A stretch of DNA of 64,000 nt from Octopus sinensis. Its lineage: Eukaryota. Made by a program: the position numbers and the translations under genes. The notes under the pieces were generated by a model, which worked only from the letters and a program-made list of their open reading frames with translations, searched no databases and was not told the DNA's origin. This document shows positions 1 to 14,637 of this stretch, piece by piece; position 1 is the stretch's first letter, and each line of letters begins with the position of its first letter. The DNA lies in contig NC_043001.1 of the NCBI RefSeq assembly GCF_006345805.1, forward strand, positions 117,738,001 through 117,802,000, written 5' to 3'.

Positions 1-415
1 CCACGCAGCATCACAACATGGTAATATATCATTAAGACTGCCTCCCGGAGCATTAACAGAATATTGTGTATAGCCAATATTGACAGCAGCGTTTTTACAC
101 TGCACGAATGCGTTACTGCACAAACACTTCGATATTTGGCACATTATCCCGTCTACCCGTTTCAAGCTGAAGCCACCATATTGTCCTTTTTTGCATCAGT
201 TATAGCCTATCTTTTGAAAGTTTGTTTTATATTTACAACAATTGTGTTAGATATTGGTACAAGCGTTCGTGTTTGAACTTAGGTGATTTTCATTGATGAA
301 GGATCATCAAAGTGAAGATATTCACTTTGTTTTACTGTGAAACCCAGAAGCAATCATATGATTCAGTTAAGGTAAAAATTGACCAATTCAATGATTGCTA
401 CGTGTGCATGTGTGT

Positions 416-456
<41 letters not shown>

Positions 457-739
457 TGCATGCCTGTGTGTGTGTCTGTGTACCTGTGTGTGGTGCGTGT
501 GTGTGTAATTTGAGTTTATCACTTTAAAGCTAGTTTAAGAATAACAAAGGGATATTTACTGACATGGTTACTCAATATTATGAATAAAGTTAAATTTATA
601 ATATACATATTGATAGAGTTGTATGTATTTACCCATGAAACATATCCCATGATAATATATATCAACTGAAAGCGATATCGATTACACAGGCCAACGAAAC
701 AATTTTTCGTGTTCTCTATTGTCAAAAAATTTGGACCTA

Positions 740-1880
740 ACCTAGGGGTTTTAGAATCTGAAAATGACTAGATTTTAAGACACTAGATCCATATTTCATT
801 GCTTTTTGTTTTTTGTTTGTTTGTTTTTTGTTGTTTTTTTTTGTTTTTTTGTTGTTTTTTTGTTTTTTGTCAAGAAACAGCTTATGAAGAACAAAGCATA
901 ACGGATAAACATACATTCTATTCAAAACCAGAATGTTTTCTTAAAATTCTACTGAAAAACTAGTAAAATCCTTAAAATTTTTACAGAAAAATTACATCAG
1001 TTTATGCTCAATTTCCCATGAATTTGTATTTGAATGATTTTCTTGAGTGCTGCACTTCAGTCAGGTCATGATCCAAGTTCTAACAATAATCCGCCAGCAG
1101 AAGCAAGTCTCATCTACCTTGATACTTTTGTTCTATTGATTTTATGTTCTGATGGAGATGTTTTCCTTGTTTGTCACTGAGAGTTTCAGGAAATAACGAC
1201 GGAGATAGTGCAGCTTTATGTTCATATTTGCTACCCAACTTTTGAAAGTTCTCCAGCATGTTGTCAACTATTTCGGCATAGTTGGCTGCTTTCTTATTAC
1301 CCAGAAAGTCATTTACAAACTATTCATGCATTCCATGCTGCTACTTCAATGCAATTCATTGAATTTTAAAAGTTCCCATCTTCTAATTTTCTTATTTGAG
1401 ACCCATCAAATACTCCAGTTTTTATCTTTTCGCTGTTCAGACCGGGAAATATGTTGCAGATATAGTGAAAGTATGGTCCAACTTTATTCAGAGCATTAAC
1501 AAACTGCTTCATAATGCTGAGTTTGATATGGAATAGAGGTATGATGATTTTTCCCAGTTGAACTAAAGGCTCTTCAACCATGTAAAATCACCCTGAAACT
1601 AATATTTCCAGCGGCCATTCTTTGATCACCCAATGTCTTTCCTTGACTCTGCTGTCCCACATACATAAAAAGCATAGATATTTCGTGTATCCACTTTGTT
1701 GCTCCAGGAAAAAATTTTAAACTCCATGCCTATTACTCACTGATGATAGCGGGGTTTGGATATCTTGAAATCTAGACGTAATGGCAAAACAAAAAATGCA
1801 TGTCATTTTTAGATTCAGCATAAAAACCTTAAAACCAGGTAAAAATGTCCTAACAACAAAACACCTGTTCGGTTGGGTTA
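740..1880 (-). mobile_element. Decayed DNA transposon, probably CMC/Chapaev-type
   Basis: Minus-strand transposase fragments: EQQSGYTKYLCFLCMWDSR (~1650-1710), PLFHIKLSIMKQFVNALNK...EKIKTGVFDGSQIRKL (1366-1581), SDKQGKHLHQNIKSIEQKYQGR..LADYC (~1085-1180). Imperfect inverted repeats at ~745-768 (GAATCTGAAAATGAC) and ~1802-1816 (GTCATTTTTAGATTC). Superfamily assigned from motif recall. Confidence 0.7.
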
Positions 1881-4426
1881 TTTTAGTAATCAGCTATCCC
1901 TTGCTTTCAAAAGTAAACCAAGATTAAAATACCCATCCATATTAGAAATTTATTAGTAATTGTGAAAAAAGTTTTAAACCAGCTCGAAGAAAAATACAAC
2001 TAAATACGAGCTGCTCTAATTCAATTTCTTAAGTCTTTTACACCGAAAGTTTCAAACGGAAATCCGTATCCTATTAATCTTGTCAATTTAAAATCTTTTG
2101 GAGACGATACACTAAAAGGTCTTTGTTGTTTAGTCACAAATCAACAATGATCGCTCAGATCAACGCCCAAGGAAGCTCCAGCAATAACCGCCCTGTCCTT
2201 TTTTTATAGTGTATCTTAAGACCACATTAACCAATGTATCACTTTTTAAAAGATGTCGGGTATAATATGAGGAAGGTTTGGTTACTATTTCTGAAGAATA
2301 TTGTGACGATATAACTGTTACTTCCTTGATTTATTTCTCAATAGTTTAGTCTAAGTCAGACAGAAGAAATAAAACCAGCAATGTAAACTGACACAACACT
2401 AATTAATTTAACTGCGTATATTGCAATTAAATTAACCAGTGGTTATTGTGGGTGTAGTCTTAGTGATGTATTTATTTATAGCTATGTTAATTGAACAATA
2501 GCTAAGGGCTCTACACATTAATGGGTGATGGAATATAAAGAGTCGATCCTTAAACCAGAATTTCGATGCTGTATCGACTCGCTTGACTACGAATCTCTTG
2601 CTTTTATCATTAGTTTTCAGTTTAATTCATCTGGCCGTTACACGTATGCTAAACCATATATCACACATTTTCATAGTCAACATATAGACATATATTTTGT
2701 TATTTAGTCACGTGTGTGTGTGTGTGTGTGTGCGCGCGTGTATGTATAATCAGATTCAAATAATAAATCATTCAACGTTAATATGCACAAGTACATATAT
2801 CAAAAGTACATATATCAAAAGATATTCTCATAGTGGCATCCGTGTCCACGCAAATACATTCATATACAAAGTTATTATAAAGAAGAAAAATAGTCTGTTT
2901 GCAAAACAAACTTTCGGGAAGGTCATATGATAATAGGATAACCTCATAATTATTTAACATACTAGACTAAAAATCGCTGAACTGATCGACTATCATATGA
3001 TTTATCGATTGTAGAACTAATCGATATATTGAATATTATGGAAGATTTAATATTGACCATATTGGCGAACTGAACATAATTTATATATTAACGTTGGCCA
3101 TTTCCTTCACTCAGACAACAATGATGGTGAAACTGACGATAGACATTTTCTTATTTTCGTAAAACTTAGTCAGAATACGTGACGAAGCGTATTCTTCTAT
3201 TCTAATTATGGCCTTGCCTTTTCTATATCTTCTAGTTATGATAATATTCTAGCGTTTTACTAACAATACCAATTTATCGTTCCGCTAGTAATATCATTAA
3301 AATCGATCGTTTCTTTGTTTTAGATATGACGTCAAATTTTATACTGGTTACTGTTTGATTCTATTTATGGCAAAGCTATCTGCCTTTGGGTTCTTTCTTT
3401 CTTTCTTTCTTTTTTCTTTTCCTCAACCTGTTGAAGCTGAGAGTTTGAATTATTCCTTCGTTCTGTTTACTCTATCAAATCCTACACTGCTCTCTTTTCA
3501 TTTTCTCACGAAAATATAATTATTTGTTGTTACTGGTGATGACGTTACATAGCATATTTGTTGTTTGTTTCAGTTCCTTCATTTCTTGTTCACATCAGCA
3601 TCCTGTATTTCTAGTATCTTTAGGATATGCTTACTGCTGATGAATTTGGATCACGTATATTTTCATTTGTTCAAATTACATCAGCTTTGACCTCTGTTGT
3701 TTTCTTATTCTGATAATTAATTATGTTTACGGCTTCAAATTTGACACTTTACATTCTTTCACCCTAACATTGTTGTATGATGCTTAAAACAACCAAGCAA
3801 AAACAATGACACTGTTCAAACACAAAAAAAAAGTTTTAAGAACTGTTTTTATTTGTTTTTTTTTTGTTTAGTTATTTGGCTTATTGCAGTCCCAATAACT
3901 TAAAATTGAAAATAAATATTGCTCTAGTGGCTATATCTATTTTCATTTTTGCCTGACATGCTATTCTTGATCAGTCTATTCTTGCCCCTGTGGCAAGAAT
4001 AGTCTGATCTTTATCGGATATTCAGTAAAACGTATTTTCCTAAATAGCTATTATTTTCTTTCTGATATTTCATAATATTACTACTTATAATAGCATTTAT
4101 CGCTAGGTAATCTAACATCATTCTCTTTCCATGCTTCAATGAAATATTACTGTCAACATTATCCTTGTAAAAATTAATAAGTAATCTAGTAAAAGGTATT
4201 AAGTTTTCTTGCGGTTAAATGTAAAATTGTTTTTATATGCAACTATAATATGTGCAGTATTGTCTTTTGAGAGTGTAGTATTAAAATTGTATGGTACATT
4301 TATTTTGTTTCGTATTTATGTTTTGCATATAGCAACATGTACCAGTCAGATACTGCAGTTAATGCATTCGACTAAACCCTCTCCCCTAAATTTTCTGGCC
4401 TTGTGCCAAAATTTGAAACCAATCTT

Positions 4427-4461
<35 letters not shown>

Positions 4462-4859
4462 TTTCTCGGATCCACCCCTCAAAAAGATTATAGTATACAA
4501 AGTAAAGTAACCGATACATATAAGAAAGCAAAATGTAAAAAATATGTAAATGAATACTCAATCAAATGGCTGGAAATTTGAAAATAATAACATCCCAACA
4601 GAAAAACTCAGCATAATGGGAAATACCTTTGACATAAAAATATCAACAACAGTAGGCATGCATTTACTGCATCGAACGTAAATAGGGATATCGAAAAGCT
4701 ATCTTTTGCACATCTCCTTTGACACAATGAGACTTTTAATATGAAACATTTTCGATGTTAGAACAAGAGCTTGGAAGCATTTTGTGCGCAAGACAGGAAC
4801 CAATCTACTATAATTCATTATAGTACAAATTTCGAATAGATCTTGAGAAATAATTAGTT

Positions 4860-4995
4860 TTAGAATTTGGTACAAAACCAGTAATTTCAGGGTGGGTGTA
4901 AGTCAATTACATCGACTTCAAGGTTCAATTGGTTCTTATTTTATGACTCCGAAAGGATGAAAGGTAAAATCGACTTCAGCGGAATCTGAACTCCA
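4860..4995 (-). mobile_element. SINE family B partial copy
   Basis: CCGAAAGGATGAAAGGTAAAATCGACTTCAGCGGAATCTGAACTC matches the family B body. Confidence 0.65.
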
Positions 4996-5099
4996 CTCTT
5001 ATGAAATATTAAAAGGTAGAAAGTGACTAATCTGTGCTATGTCAAAGCCACAGCAACTTTCTTTGTTCCAGCTAAGAGCTGGAAACACTCCTAGCAGAT

Positions 5100-5520
5100 A
5101 TCTAAACGGCCTCTCCTTTATTGAGGAGGAAGAATGCATGACAATGTGTCATCTTTAAAATAGAGGGTGGAGTGAATGATACGTCTACTTACAAGAAAGT
5201 CACTCAGTATTAAGGAAAAAAAACACGGAATCACTGTCAGACACATCGGTGACAATCTCGATCTTTGGTTAGTAGTCACCCTCGTGAAACAGTATGAGCA
5301 GATGACCAGTGCAGCCATTGCTTTTGACGATATCTAGTCGAGTGGTCTTACCGCGGACTACAAGTCCTCGTAACTCCAAAAGACTACTAAAAAATCCCAG
5401 GAAATTTTCTATGGAGGGTGCTGAAATGGAGACCTTATAACTCTGTATCAAAGGTAGATGGCCCAGCTGCTACTCATGTGGAAGTAAAACCTGTTGAAGG
5501 GTTTCCTACGCAGAAAGCCA
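5100..5520 (+). pseudogene. Degenerate ORF1/gag-like zinc-knuckle gene relic (relative of 48212-49141 and 54277-55010)
   Basis: Fragments IGDNLDLWLVVTL (~5245-5285) and LCIKGRWPSCYSCGS (~5440-5485) align by eye with VAPEIEEARLVVAIL and VVLAGRPSTCYQCG of the 48.2-kb ORF. Multiple stops and frameshifts. Confidence 0.5.
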
Positions 5521-7344
5521 AAAATGAACAAAAGCAATAACAGCCATAGCAATTCACTGATTTCCGAATCTAAGGCGACACGAGGCACAACACATAAATC
5601 AACAAATTAAAATTACTCCGTCATCATTGCCATGAGAAGAATGAAACCCATCTCCAATGCCAACCAGTGAAGATAAGAAAAGAGTTCACCCATAACAACA
5701 ATAGCAGCTAAAACTAAACGGCAGAAAAACTCACTTAACAGTAATACTACTCAATCTAGTTAAGAGGTCGGGGCCGAGACTGAAGCTAAAGGGAAGGTGC
5801 TTTCTTCAAATGCTGAAAAAGTCCCGATAAAAAACAAAGAATTTTTTTTTAAATAGTCATTAAAAAAACACGGTGCAGGGTACGTCTGTGAAAAGGAGAT
5901 ATTCTCCGCTGAGGAAGAACTCATGAAGAACAGTCTGTACTTGTTGAGGAGGAACCAGCCTCCACTCTTGAGACAAGGAAACTCAAAGCCGTTCGCAAGA
6001 TAACAAAGTTCTATGACATTTATACGATACACACGAGGAATAACCAAACGAATTTCTGAGTGCAGAAAATCGGATCAGATTTTAAATAGCCTCCCCACCC
6101 ACCACCACCACCAAAAATAAACAGTACAAATTTCGAATGGATCTTATAAAATATTATGTCAATGATCTAGAGGACGCAAGTCTTCACTTTCCCATTGTGA
6201 CCACAAAGCTCCTTATAGAAGATTTTGGAACTTTCAGCTATGAAAAATACAAGAGGGAGGTAGAGTGAGTGAAGAGGTACAATAATCAATGCAAGTGGAC
6301 GTTAAATTCTTGTAAAGAAATGCTGTTTTAAATATTGTTTTATCATACAAAAGTATCACTTTATATATTTGTTAGCATTTTCATAAGTTTTTGATTCATC
6401 CCATTTTACATTGTAGAATGTCCTTTAACTTTCCCCTTGTCTTTCAATAACTTGTCCAACCCATACATCTCTATGTGCCTCTTTTAACGTTTCCTTGTAC
6501 TTTTCTACGAAGGATGTCTTCGAGTCCTTATGGTTAATAAAGAAAAGTTTGGGTGGTGGATTGGAAGACTTGTCAGCGTACTTTGGCGTATTTGTTCCAT
6601 TTCTTTGCGTACTAAATTCAAACACCGCCGGGGACTACTTTTCCAGTCTTTCTTTCAGAGTAGATAAAATAGAGTGCTGGTTAAATACGAGGGAGAATGA
6701 AAACGACTGACACTCTCCCTAAAATTGCTGGCCTTTTGCCAAAGGTTAAAACCATTATTATTACTGCGACGTCAACTTTGCTTTTCATTCCTCCGAATTC
6801 AATAAAATAAAGTACCAAGTATTAGTAGTTTTTACTTACATCAAAATCATAAAACATGCCATTGCTGGGGGTTTTTTTTCATTTTTTTTATTCAATCAGT
6901 CCATAAACCTGTGAGTCTTATATTCTCTGAATAGTTTCCTTCTTTTTACTACATTCTTATAATTCACAATAGACTTGTATGTTTGTGTACAAAATAATGG
7001 TATGGTTACACGTGTACATGAATGTGTGTGTGTGTAGGAGGAGAGTGTGTATGTGTGTGTGTAGGAGGAGAGTGTGTATGTGTGTGTGTAGGAGGAGAGT
7101 GTGTATGTGTGTGTGTGTGTGTGGTGTGTGTGTGTGTGTGCATATGTGTTTTCATAATTTACTAAGCTGAGACCGGTTTGTATTATACATCAATAAATTG
7201 TTGTGTGGTTAGATACATTTTCAGGGTCATTACAACGCTTGTATTGAGCATGATATATGAAGCATGACTATGACGATCATGAAATAAAAGTCATAATATA
7301 ACTAGTTATCTGCTATATTTTTAATGCATTTTCATATATTACTC

Positions 7345-7407
<63 letters not shown>

Positions 7408-7587
7408 AAGATAATCATTGACCCTTCTATTCAATTGGATATCAAATTAAAATGCTGGGCTACCACAGCATATGAAAACTTTCAAATTATCTTATTTTGA
7501 GTAGGTAAGGATCTAGACGGTAGCACGTGACACACACACACAAAAATTTTAGTGTATATCTGTTACTCTAAAATACAATAAAACAAA

Positions 7588-8088
7588 TCTATATATATAA
7601 AACTCTAGTTGTGTGAGTGTCTGTCCCCTTCGATTTAGATTCCTAACTCCTCCCACATTTTGCGGTGCAGTTTAACCAAATTCGGGTATCTTATAGTCGT
7701 GATTCATATCGAGCCCGTCTGACTATTAGCGCGCATCAACGATGAGTCTACGATTTTAAAAATAATTTAACATCATTTTTTATTCCATTTTAATGCATAA
7801 AATGCATCGTATGTCGATGGCGGCGGAGTTGGCGTCCACGCTCACAGCTGCACCTGTTTGCTTCTCCCCCTTCCCTCCCTCGTGAAGCTGTGGGGAAGGG
7901 AGTGTAAAGAAATCAACGTCGTAATGCGTTGTGAAGGAAACCAGCGTTCTTTTAGAACAACGACTTCATGGCTTGAAGACACCAAAACAAAAATGGCTAA
8001 GAAAGCCCGAATTTATAAGTAACTCTCTAAAAATGCTTATATAGTTATTTCCCTTACAAACCCGAGCAACGCCGGGCGATACTGCTAG
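7588..8088 (+). mobile_element. Non-autonomous Helitron (501 bp)
   Basis: Inserted between A (7587) and T (8089). Starts TC(TATATATAT), ends CTAG, with a GC-rich subterminal hairpin CCCGAGC-AAC-GCCGGG at 8061-8076. No TSD and no coding capacity. Confidence 0.85.
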
Positions 8089-9453
8089 TATTTAATAAAA
8101 GGCTCTAACAGCTATTTTTCTTTTCTTTTTGCCCCCTTCAATGAAAACCACGAGTGGAGTGAAATATAGCGTTGATCAACTTCCCTGACGTTTTCGATGC
8201 AAAATTAACCGTAAATTGAATGACTATGATACTCGGATAAATACAAATATTATACTAATATTCGTTAAAACTTCATATTAAAGCAGTAAGTATATGCTTA
8301 ATGATGAGATCTAGTTATCAAGTAAATTCAAACATTCACCAAACCTATCACCCGATTAATTTGCACTTTAGTTTAGTTCGTATGCATTTATATTATTTTG
8401 GGGAAACGTTTCTTTGAAAATCTGTCCGTCTTATTGTCTGTCTTCATACGTTTACATCTATTAACACATTTAATTCTATGATTTAGATTTCAATGTACAA
8501 TGCTCCTTCCTTGCCAACCGCAACCTGCTGGCCTCTTCCAAATGAAACTCTGCTTGTGATCTTCATTCACGTCCATCTAACAAGCTTCGACATATACATT
8601 TATAGACACACCGTACAAAGGAAATAGGAAATATACAGGTATGGGTATAAACTCAACACAAACAAATACAAACACATCTCACATAGATTAAAGCATGCAG
8701 GCACACGCACCAAGCATACAACCACTACTAACACTCACATACACGCACATACAACACCATCACAAGCACACTCACGCAAATGCAACCATCTCTAGCAAAC
8801 ATGCACATACAGCAGTTTCAAGCATGTACACAATACAACAATTATATCACGCTAACTCAACCATAACTAACACACAAACACTTCCACAACACAGAAACCT
8901 ACTTTAATGACATGCTGAAACCCTTTAATAATGTTAAAGCACCACTGGCAAGTCAGTTCTGAGATTATAATTTCCAACGCTGATAATGTCTCCACGCAAG
9001 AACAACTAAAATTAAGTGGTATGCACAAGAGTATAGTATATAAGCTATAAAGTTGTAGTACATTTACATAACTTCAATCCAGTACTAACTCGGTGTATCA
9101 GTGTCTATAAATGAAATATCTAACAGTTTCGTGAACAGAAGCAAATGTACAAGGTAATTAATGTTGCACTCTATGGAAGAAACAAAAGAAATTTCAACGT
9201 TTCAGGCAGTGGCCCGACGACCAGACAAAACCAGAGGAGAAAAGAAGGGGTGGAGGAAAAAGTTTCGTGGACGCACTGTTTTCAAATGAAAGTTACGCAA
9301 TGAAATGAATGTCACCATGTAGCTTTCACTGCATAACTCTGATTCTACAAACTTTTTCTTTGTTGTTGAGTTGATGTTGTTGTTGTTGTTGTAGTTCTTC
9401 TTCTTCTTTTTCTTTTCTTCTTCTTCTTCTTCTTCTTCTTCTCATCATCATCA

Positions 9454-9497
<44 letters not shown>

Positions 9498-10018
9498 GAG
9501 TGAGAGAGCAGTGCATGCCATCAAAGTGACACTGGGGTAAAATATACGAAGCCCATTATATCCATCATGATTGCCCACCTGATAAGGGTATACCAGACAC
9601 ATGCATCACAACCATATGTGCGCGACATGGTGATCTTATATCAAGATTAACAGCACATAATCTTGCTGGTGGGCCCACTTGGAATTTTCTTCAGGTCGAG
9701 TAACCCATCCCGCTCAAAAGGTCCCTGAATATCCAAACCTGAATTATCCAAACCCCTAAGAATTCCTCCCAACACATGGCTATGATAGTCCCCCACTACT
9801 TCTGCTCGTGATCAGAGATGCACATATCGTCAGCCGCTATGGGATATGTTCAACTGGTTAAAGTCAAACAACTGATAAGCGAATCTGTAGTATTGAGCAG
9901 AATATCTGCTGTAGTCCATCTTTTATACCAAGACAAAACAGTGTACATGCTAACACTTCCAATCAGTTAAGATGAGAAGCCATGAGAGCCACTGCCTGGT
10001 ACTGCATCAGGGCATTCG
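9498..10018 (-). mobile_element. ~520-bp non-coding interspersed element in (TAA)n, copy 1
   Basis: Highly similar to 40885-41433 and 45003-45454. Flanked on both sides by (TTA)n. Has a short internal deletion near 9730 relative to copy 2. Strand inferred from the shared end abutting the TAA tail. Confidence 0.8.
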
Positions 10019-10027
10019 TTATTATTG

Positions 10028-10380
<353 letters not shown>

Positions 10381-10926
10381 CTTTTTCATATGAAAGCAGA
10401 ATGGAGCAAGTCCACGTCTAAAAGACTGAGAAATATGACAGTTTAACCATCAAATTGAGTAACAAAGTCGTAAGTTAAAATATGAAAAGCTATCACAGAT
10501 TTAGGTCCTGTTAAAAGGGCTCATTATTGATATAGAAAAGATGAATAAGTATACATGCTATTTTATGTACTGAAATTGTTGTAAGGAGATGATGTTGATA
10601 GTGTAAGCAGTGATGGAAATGGTGAGGAGCAGTGTTAGATGAAATGAAAGTTATATTTTGTCAACTGGTGTATTGACGAAGCTGGTAGTGCTGTGGTATT
10701 GATGAAGGCAATGGTTTTGATCATCTATTGCAATCTTGATAGCAAGTGTGATACTGAAATGTAATATCGCAATCAGATACACAGGTACAAGTGTACGAGT
10801 TCCGTGATTGCTCTGTATTGTTAAGTGTGTAAAAGTTATAGATTAACTCAGGATTTATTTTCAGAATAACAGAATAAGTATCATACGTTGTCACCATATT
10901 ACACTATATCACATTGTGTCTTGTGT

Positions 10927-10986
<60 letters not shown>

Positions 10987-10989
10987 GAC

Positions 10990-11115
10990 AGTTTCCATAT
11001 ATCAGATTCCTTTCACAAGCTGTTGGTCAATCTAAGGCTATGGTAAGGCAATTCCAAGGTGACACGCACTGGGATCGAAACCGAAGTACGTGGTTGCAAA
11101 GTGAACTTCTCAACT
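10990..11115 (-). mobile_element. Degenerate 5' part of SINE family A
   Basis: Diverged match to 14495-14630 (e.g. CAAGGTGACACGCACTGGGATCGAAACC). Confidence 0.55.
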
Positions 11116-12220
11116 ATGCAGTGTGTCTGTATGTATGCATGCATGCATGTATGTATGTACGTATGTATATATGTACGTATGTATGTATGTATGTACGTAT
11201 GTATGTATGTATGTATGTAGTATGTATGTATGTACGTACGTACGTACGTATGTATGTATGTATGTATGTATGTATGTATGTATGTATGTATGTATGTATG
11301 TATATATTATGTATGTGAGAAAGTTTGGAGGCATAGCATGTACCTGATTTGTGACGGTAAATTTTTGAGCGATCTAAGTCAGCGAGCTGGTTTCAGGTTC
11401 TGTGAGAACCCGACGCTTCTCTAAATATCTAAGATATTTGAAAAAGGCTCGGATGATTCAATTTGCCATTTCTTCTCATGTTTCATGGCCTATATTATTA
11501 TTGGTTATTATTCTTGTTTCGTTTTCCGTGGCCAGAATATATTAGTCAATACTTTCAAATTGATGCACTTGATAATAAAATATTAGAGAAAGATGAAGGC
11601 AGAACTATTGCGATAACGATTGGATAGTCGCATTGCCTCATGGCTGGTTGGTTAGTTGGTTTGTAGAGCGATGATGCTTTTATTTGGTTATATGTTCTTT
11701 TGATACTTTTATTTTCTATACTTACCAGTTATCAGACATAAACTCAGTAGTATTTATTCAATCATGAACTAATATGATGCTAATATTTATTTAGACGTTT
11801 ATAGCCCGTTGAATCATTAGGTCGATAACAATGTGAAACAAAATAAGGTGAACAAAATAAATAAATAACACACCAGATGGTCTAAGATCAATATCGCATC
11901 ATGAAGCAATGCACAGTCGAAAGTGGAAAGTGTTTGCCTAGTACTCATTAATCAAGACGGCCATGGTACAGCCCATCCGGACCAACTTCGATGTGGGTCG
12001 TTCATCGCATAAGAAAAAAATGCTGGTGGTGATAGTGAAAAGTCGACAACGACGAAGGTGGCTATCAAGATAGTTACAAACAATGGCGGTCATGATGGTT
12101 GTGATAATGATGCTCATGTCGACGACGAAAAAGACTACAAAAAATGAGTGATGATGATGATCATCATCATCAACAGCAGCAGTGACAACAGCAACAGCAG
12201 AATCGTCGCTGTCAACATCC

Positions 12221-12249
<29 letters not shown>

Positions 12250-12257
<8 letters not shown>

Positions 12258-12478
12258 TATGTCTACGATGATAAAAATAACATGAAAAGAATGATGATGA
12301 CAACGTTGATGATAATGAAGACCACGACAATGATGAAGATGGCGATGATCATCATCATTGTCGTCGTCGACGTCGTGGTCTTCATCATCATCACCATCGC
12401 CGTCGTCATCATCATCATCATTATCATCATGTCTACGATGATGAAAATAACATGAAAAGAATGATGATGACAACGATG
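12250..12478. repeat. Local ~55-bp duplication inside a (CAT/GAT)n-rich tract
   Basis: ATGTCTACGATGAT(A/G)AAAATAACATGAAAAGAATGATGATGACAACG occurs at ~12259 and ~12429. Confidence 0.8.
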
Positions 12479-13540
12479 ACGAGGATGTATTATAGATAAC
12501 AAGATGAAAACATAGTTTTCATCTGTTACGCTTATATATTTATTTATAAATACTTATTGATCCTGCACAGTAAATTTGTGAGTCGATCGTAATCGTCTGC
12601 ACTTAGACAAACTAATTATTTGTCGTCTGCTCGCTAAGTAATTCGAGGAGCGAATTAAATCTCCCATGTTTTACGTAAGGATGTTATGGTTTGTTTGTTG
12701 GGGTGTTTGGATGAGTAAACAGATGGATGGATATAGAGAGGAAATGATAGGAGCTGGATGAGAACTAACAAGGAATAGAAGTAAATGTTCGGTTGATTAG
12801 ATGTTTGGGAAGTATATTTGATTCAATGACTGAATGGATGGGTTTATGGCGGAGAGACAGCTGGGAGAATGTAAAGGAAGGCCGAGAAGTAGAGGGAATG
12901 TGCGATCAGTTGGTTGATTTGATTTTTGGAAGGTGTGTCTGACCCTTTCGCTCGACGGTTGGTTGAATTGTAAAATGGTTGATTGCATAAGTGAATGGAT
13001 GGGTGGGTGCTTAAATGGACAACTTGGCGCACGAATGGAAAGATGGACGACCAACTTGATGAGAAAATGGATCCTTGGATGGCTCGATTGGCATGTGGAT
13101 GAATGCGTGTATGGCTGCTGGTTTGATGGATGATGAATGGAGATACGGATAAACAGCTGGCTAGATAGATGGACGGACAGTTGCATGATGGGATGAATTG
13201 CTGGCTAGGGAAATAGATGTAAATATAAAAGTTCTCATTTGCTTGTTTGAGGTGTGAGATTGTCTGATTCGTTGTTTCGTTTTCTTTGTATGTCTATCTT
13301 GTTATCTATTGACAAAAGTCCTTTGGTTTCTTCTATGTTTAATTGAATTCTTATATTAAATATGGACAGGGGTTGAATAGTATCAAAAGAATTTTAATTT
13401 TAGTTCTCTTTTGTGATGTTGCTGTTATAAATGATATTGTTTCATAGCATCCCTCGTTAAAAACGTTTGTCAAACAAAAATTATCAATAAAACGAATTAC
13501 GTATTGGTTTATTTCAAATAGGATTCAACCAACTGTATGC

Positions 13541-13736
13541 TTTTCTACTCAAGGCACAAAGCCCAAAATTTTGGGGGAGGAGTCCTGTCGATTAGACCGA
13601 CCCCAGTACGCAACTGGTACTTAATTTATCTACCCCGAAAGGATGAAAGGCAAAGTCGACCTCGACGGAATTTGAACTCAGAACGTAAACACAGACGAAA
13701 TAAGCATTTCGTCCGGCGTGCTAACGTTTCTGCCAG
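13541..13736 (-). mobile_element. SINE family B copy (tRNA-like head)
   Basis: Reverse complement CTGGCAGAAACGTTAGCACGCCGG...CTGAGTTCAAATTCCGTCGAGGTCGACTTTGCCTTTCATCCTTTCGGGG, with B-box-like GTTCAAATTCC. Many homologous copies in the window. Confidence 0.8.
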
Positions 13737-14232
13737 GCAAAGAAATGAAGTATTCTGATGTTGCTACTTTCTCAAGAGCATTGGGGATGTCAGTAAGGTG
13801 AAACTGTCACAACCAGAAATCAAATCCGGGATCAGATTCCCAGCTAAAGTGTCGTTGATTCAAGAAACACTAAAATCAAGAAATTTAGAAATAGACGAAA
13901 CTATGTTTTCATTTTTATGCCTATAGTTGTATGAACGTTATATTTGTATAGTTGTATGAACGTTATCATATGTCTCTGTATGTTTACACGTGTGATCCCT
14001 GTATGTTTACATGTGTGTTGATATTAGTACTTACACGTGTTTAATATTCGCATTTTAAATGCTGCGCTCAGGTGATAATATATTGTATTCTACAAAGACT
14101 GGGCAATATACTTAACCCCTTTAAGGGACACCAAACCATTAAACTATTTGTTATATGTCGTTACATAGCGATAAATACTGCTTAAGAGAAACAATAAAGT
14201 TATATGAAAATCTTTCTTTCTTTTAGATTTAT

Positions 14233-14637
14233 ACTCTTTACTCTTTTACTTGTTTCAGTCATTTGACTGCGGCCATGCTGGAGCACCGCCTTTAATCGAG
14301 CAACTCGACCCCGGGACTTATTCTTTTGTAAGCCCAGTACTTATTCTATCGGTCTCTTTTGCCGAACCGCTAAGTGACGGGGACATAAACACACCAGCAT
14401 CGGTTGTCAAGCAATGCTAGGGGGACAAACACAGACACACAAACATACACACGTATATATATATATATATACATATATACGACGGGCTTCTTTCAGTTTC
14501 CGTCTACCAAATCCACTCACAAGGCTTTGGTCGGCCCGAGGCTATAGTAGAAGACACTTGCCCAAGGTGCCACGCAGTGGGACTGAACCCAGAACCATGT
14601 GGCTGGTAAGCAAGCTACTTACCACACAGCCACTCCT
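14233..14637 (-). mobile_element. SINE family A, near full length
   Basis: Near-identical inverse copy of 58655-59050. tRNA-like head (TGGCTGTGTGG...GGTTCAGTCCC), CCTTGGGCAAGT core-like segment, internal (TA)/(TG) tract, 3' tail GGCGGTGCTCCAGCATGGCCGCAGTC...(GTAAAAGA)n. Confidence 0.9.

Noticed and set aside
3300-4800. Possible additional transposase or LINE relics
   Set aside because: Only vague motif hints; no family could be supported by eye.
12797-13186. 129-aa minus-strand ORF as a possible downstream exon of the SNAG gene
   Set aside because: It derives from decayed (GGAT/GGTT)n-like sequence and has no Scratch domain or C2H2 motifs.
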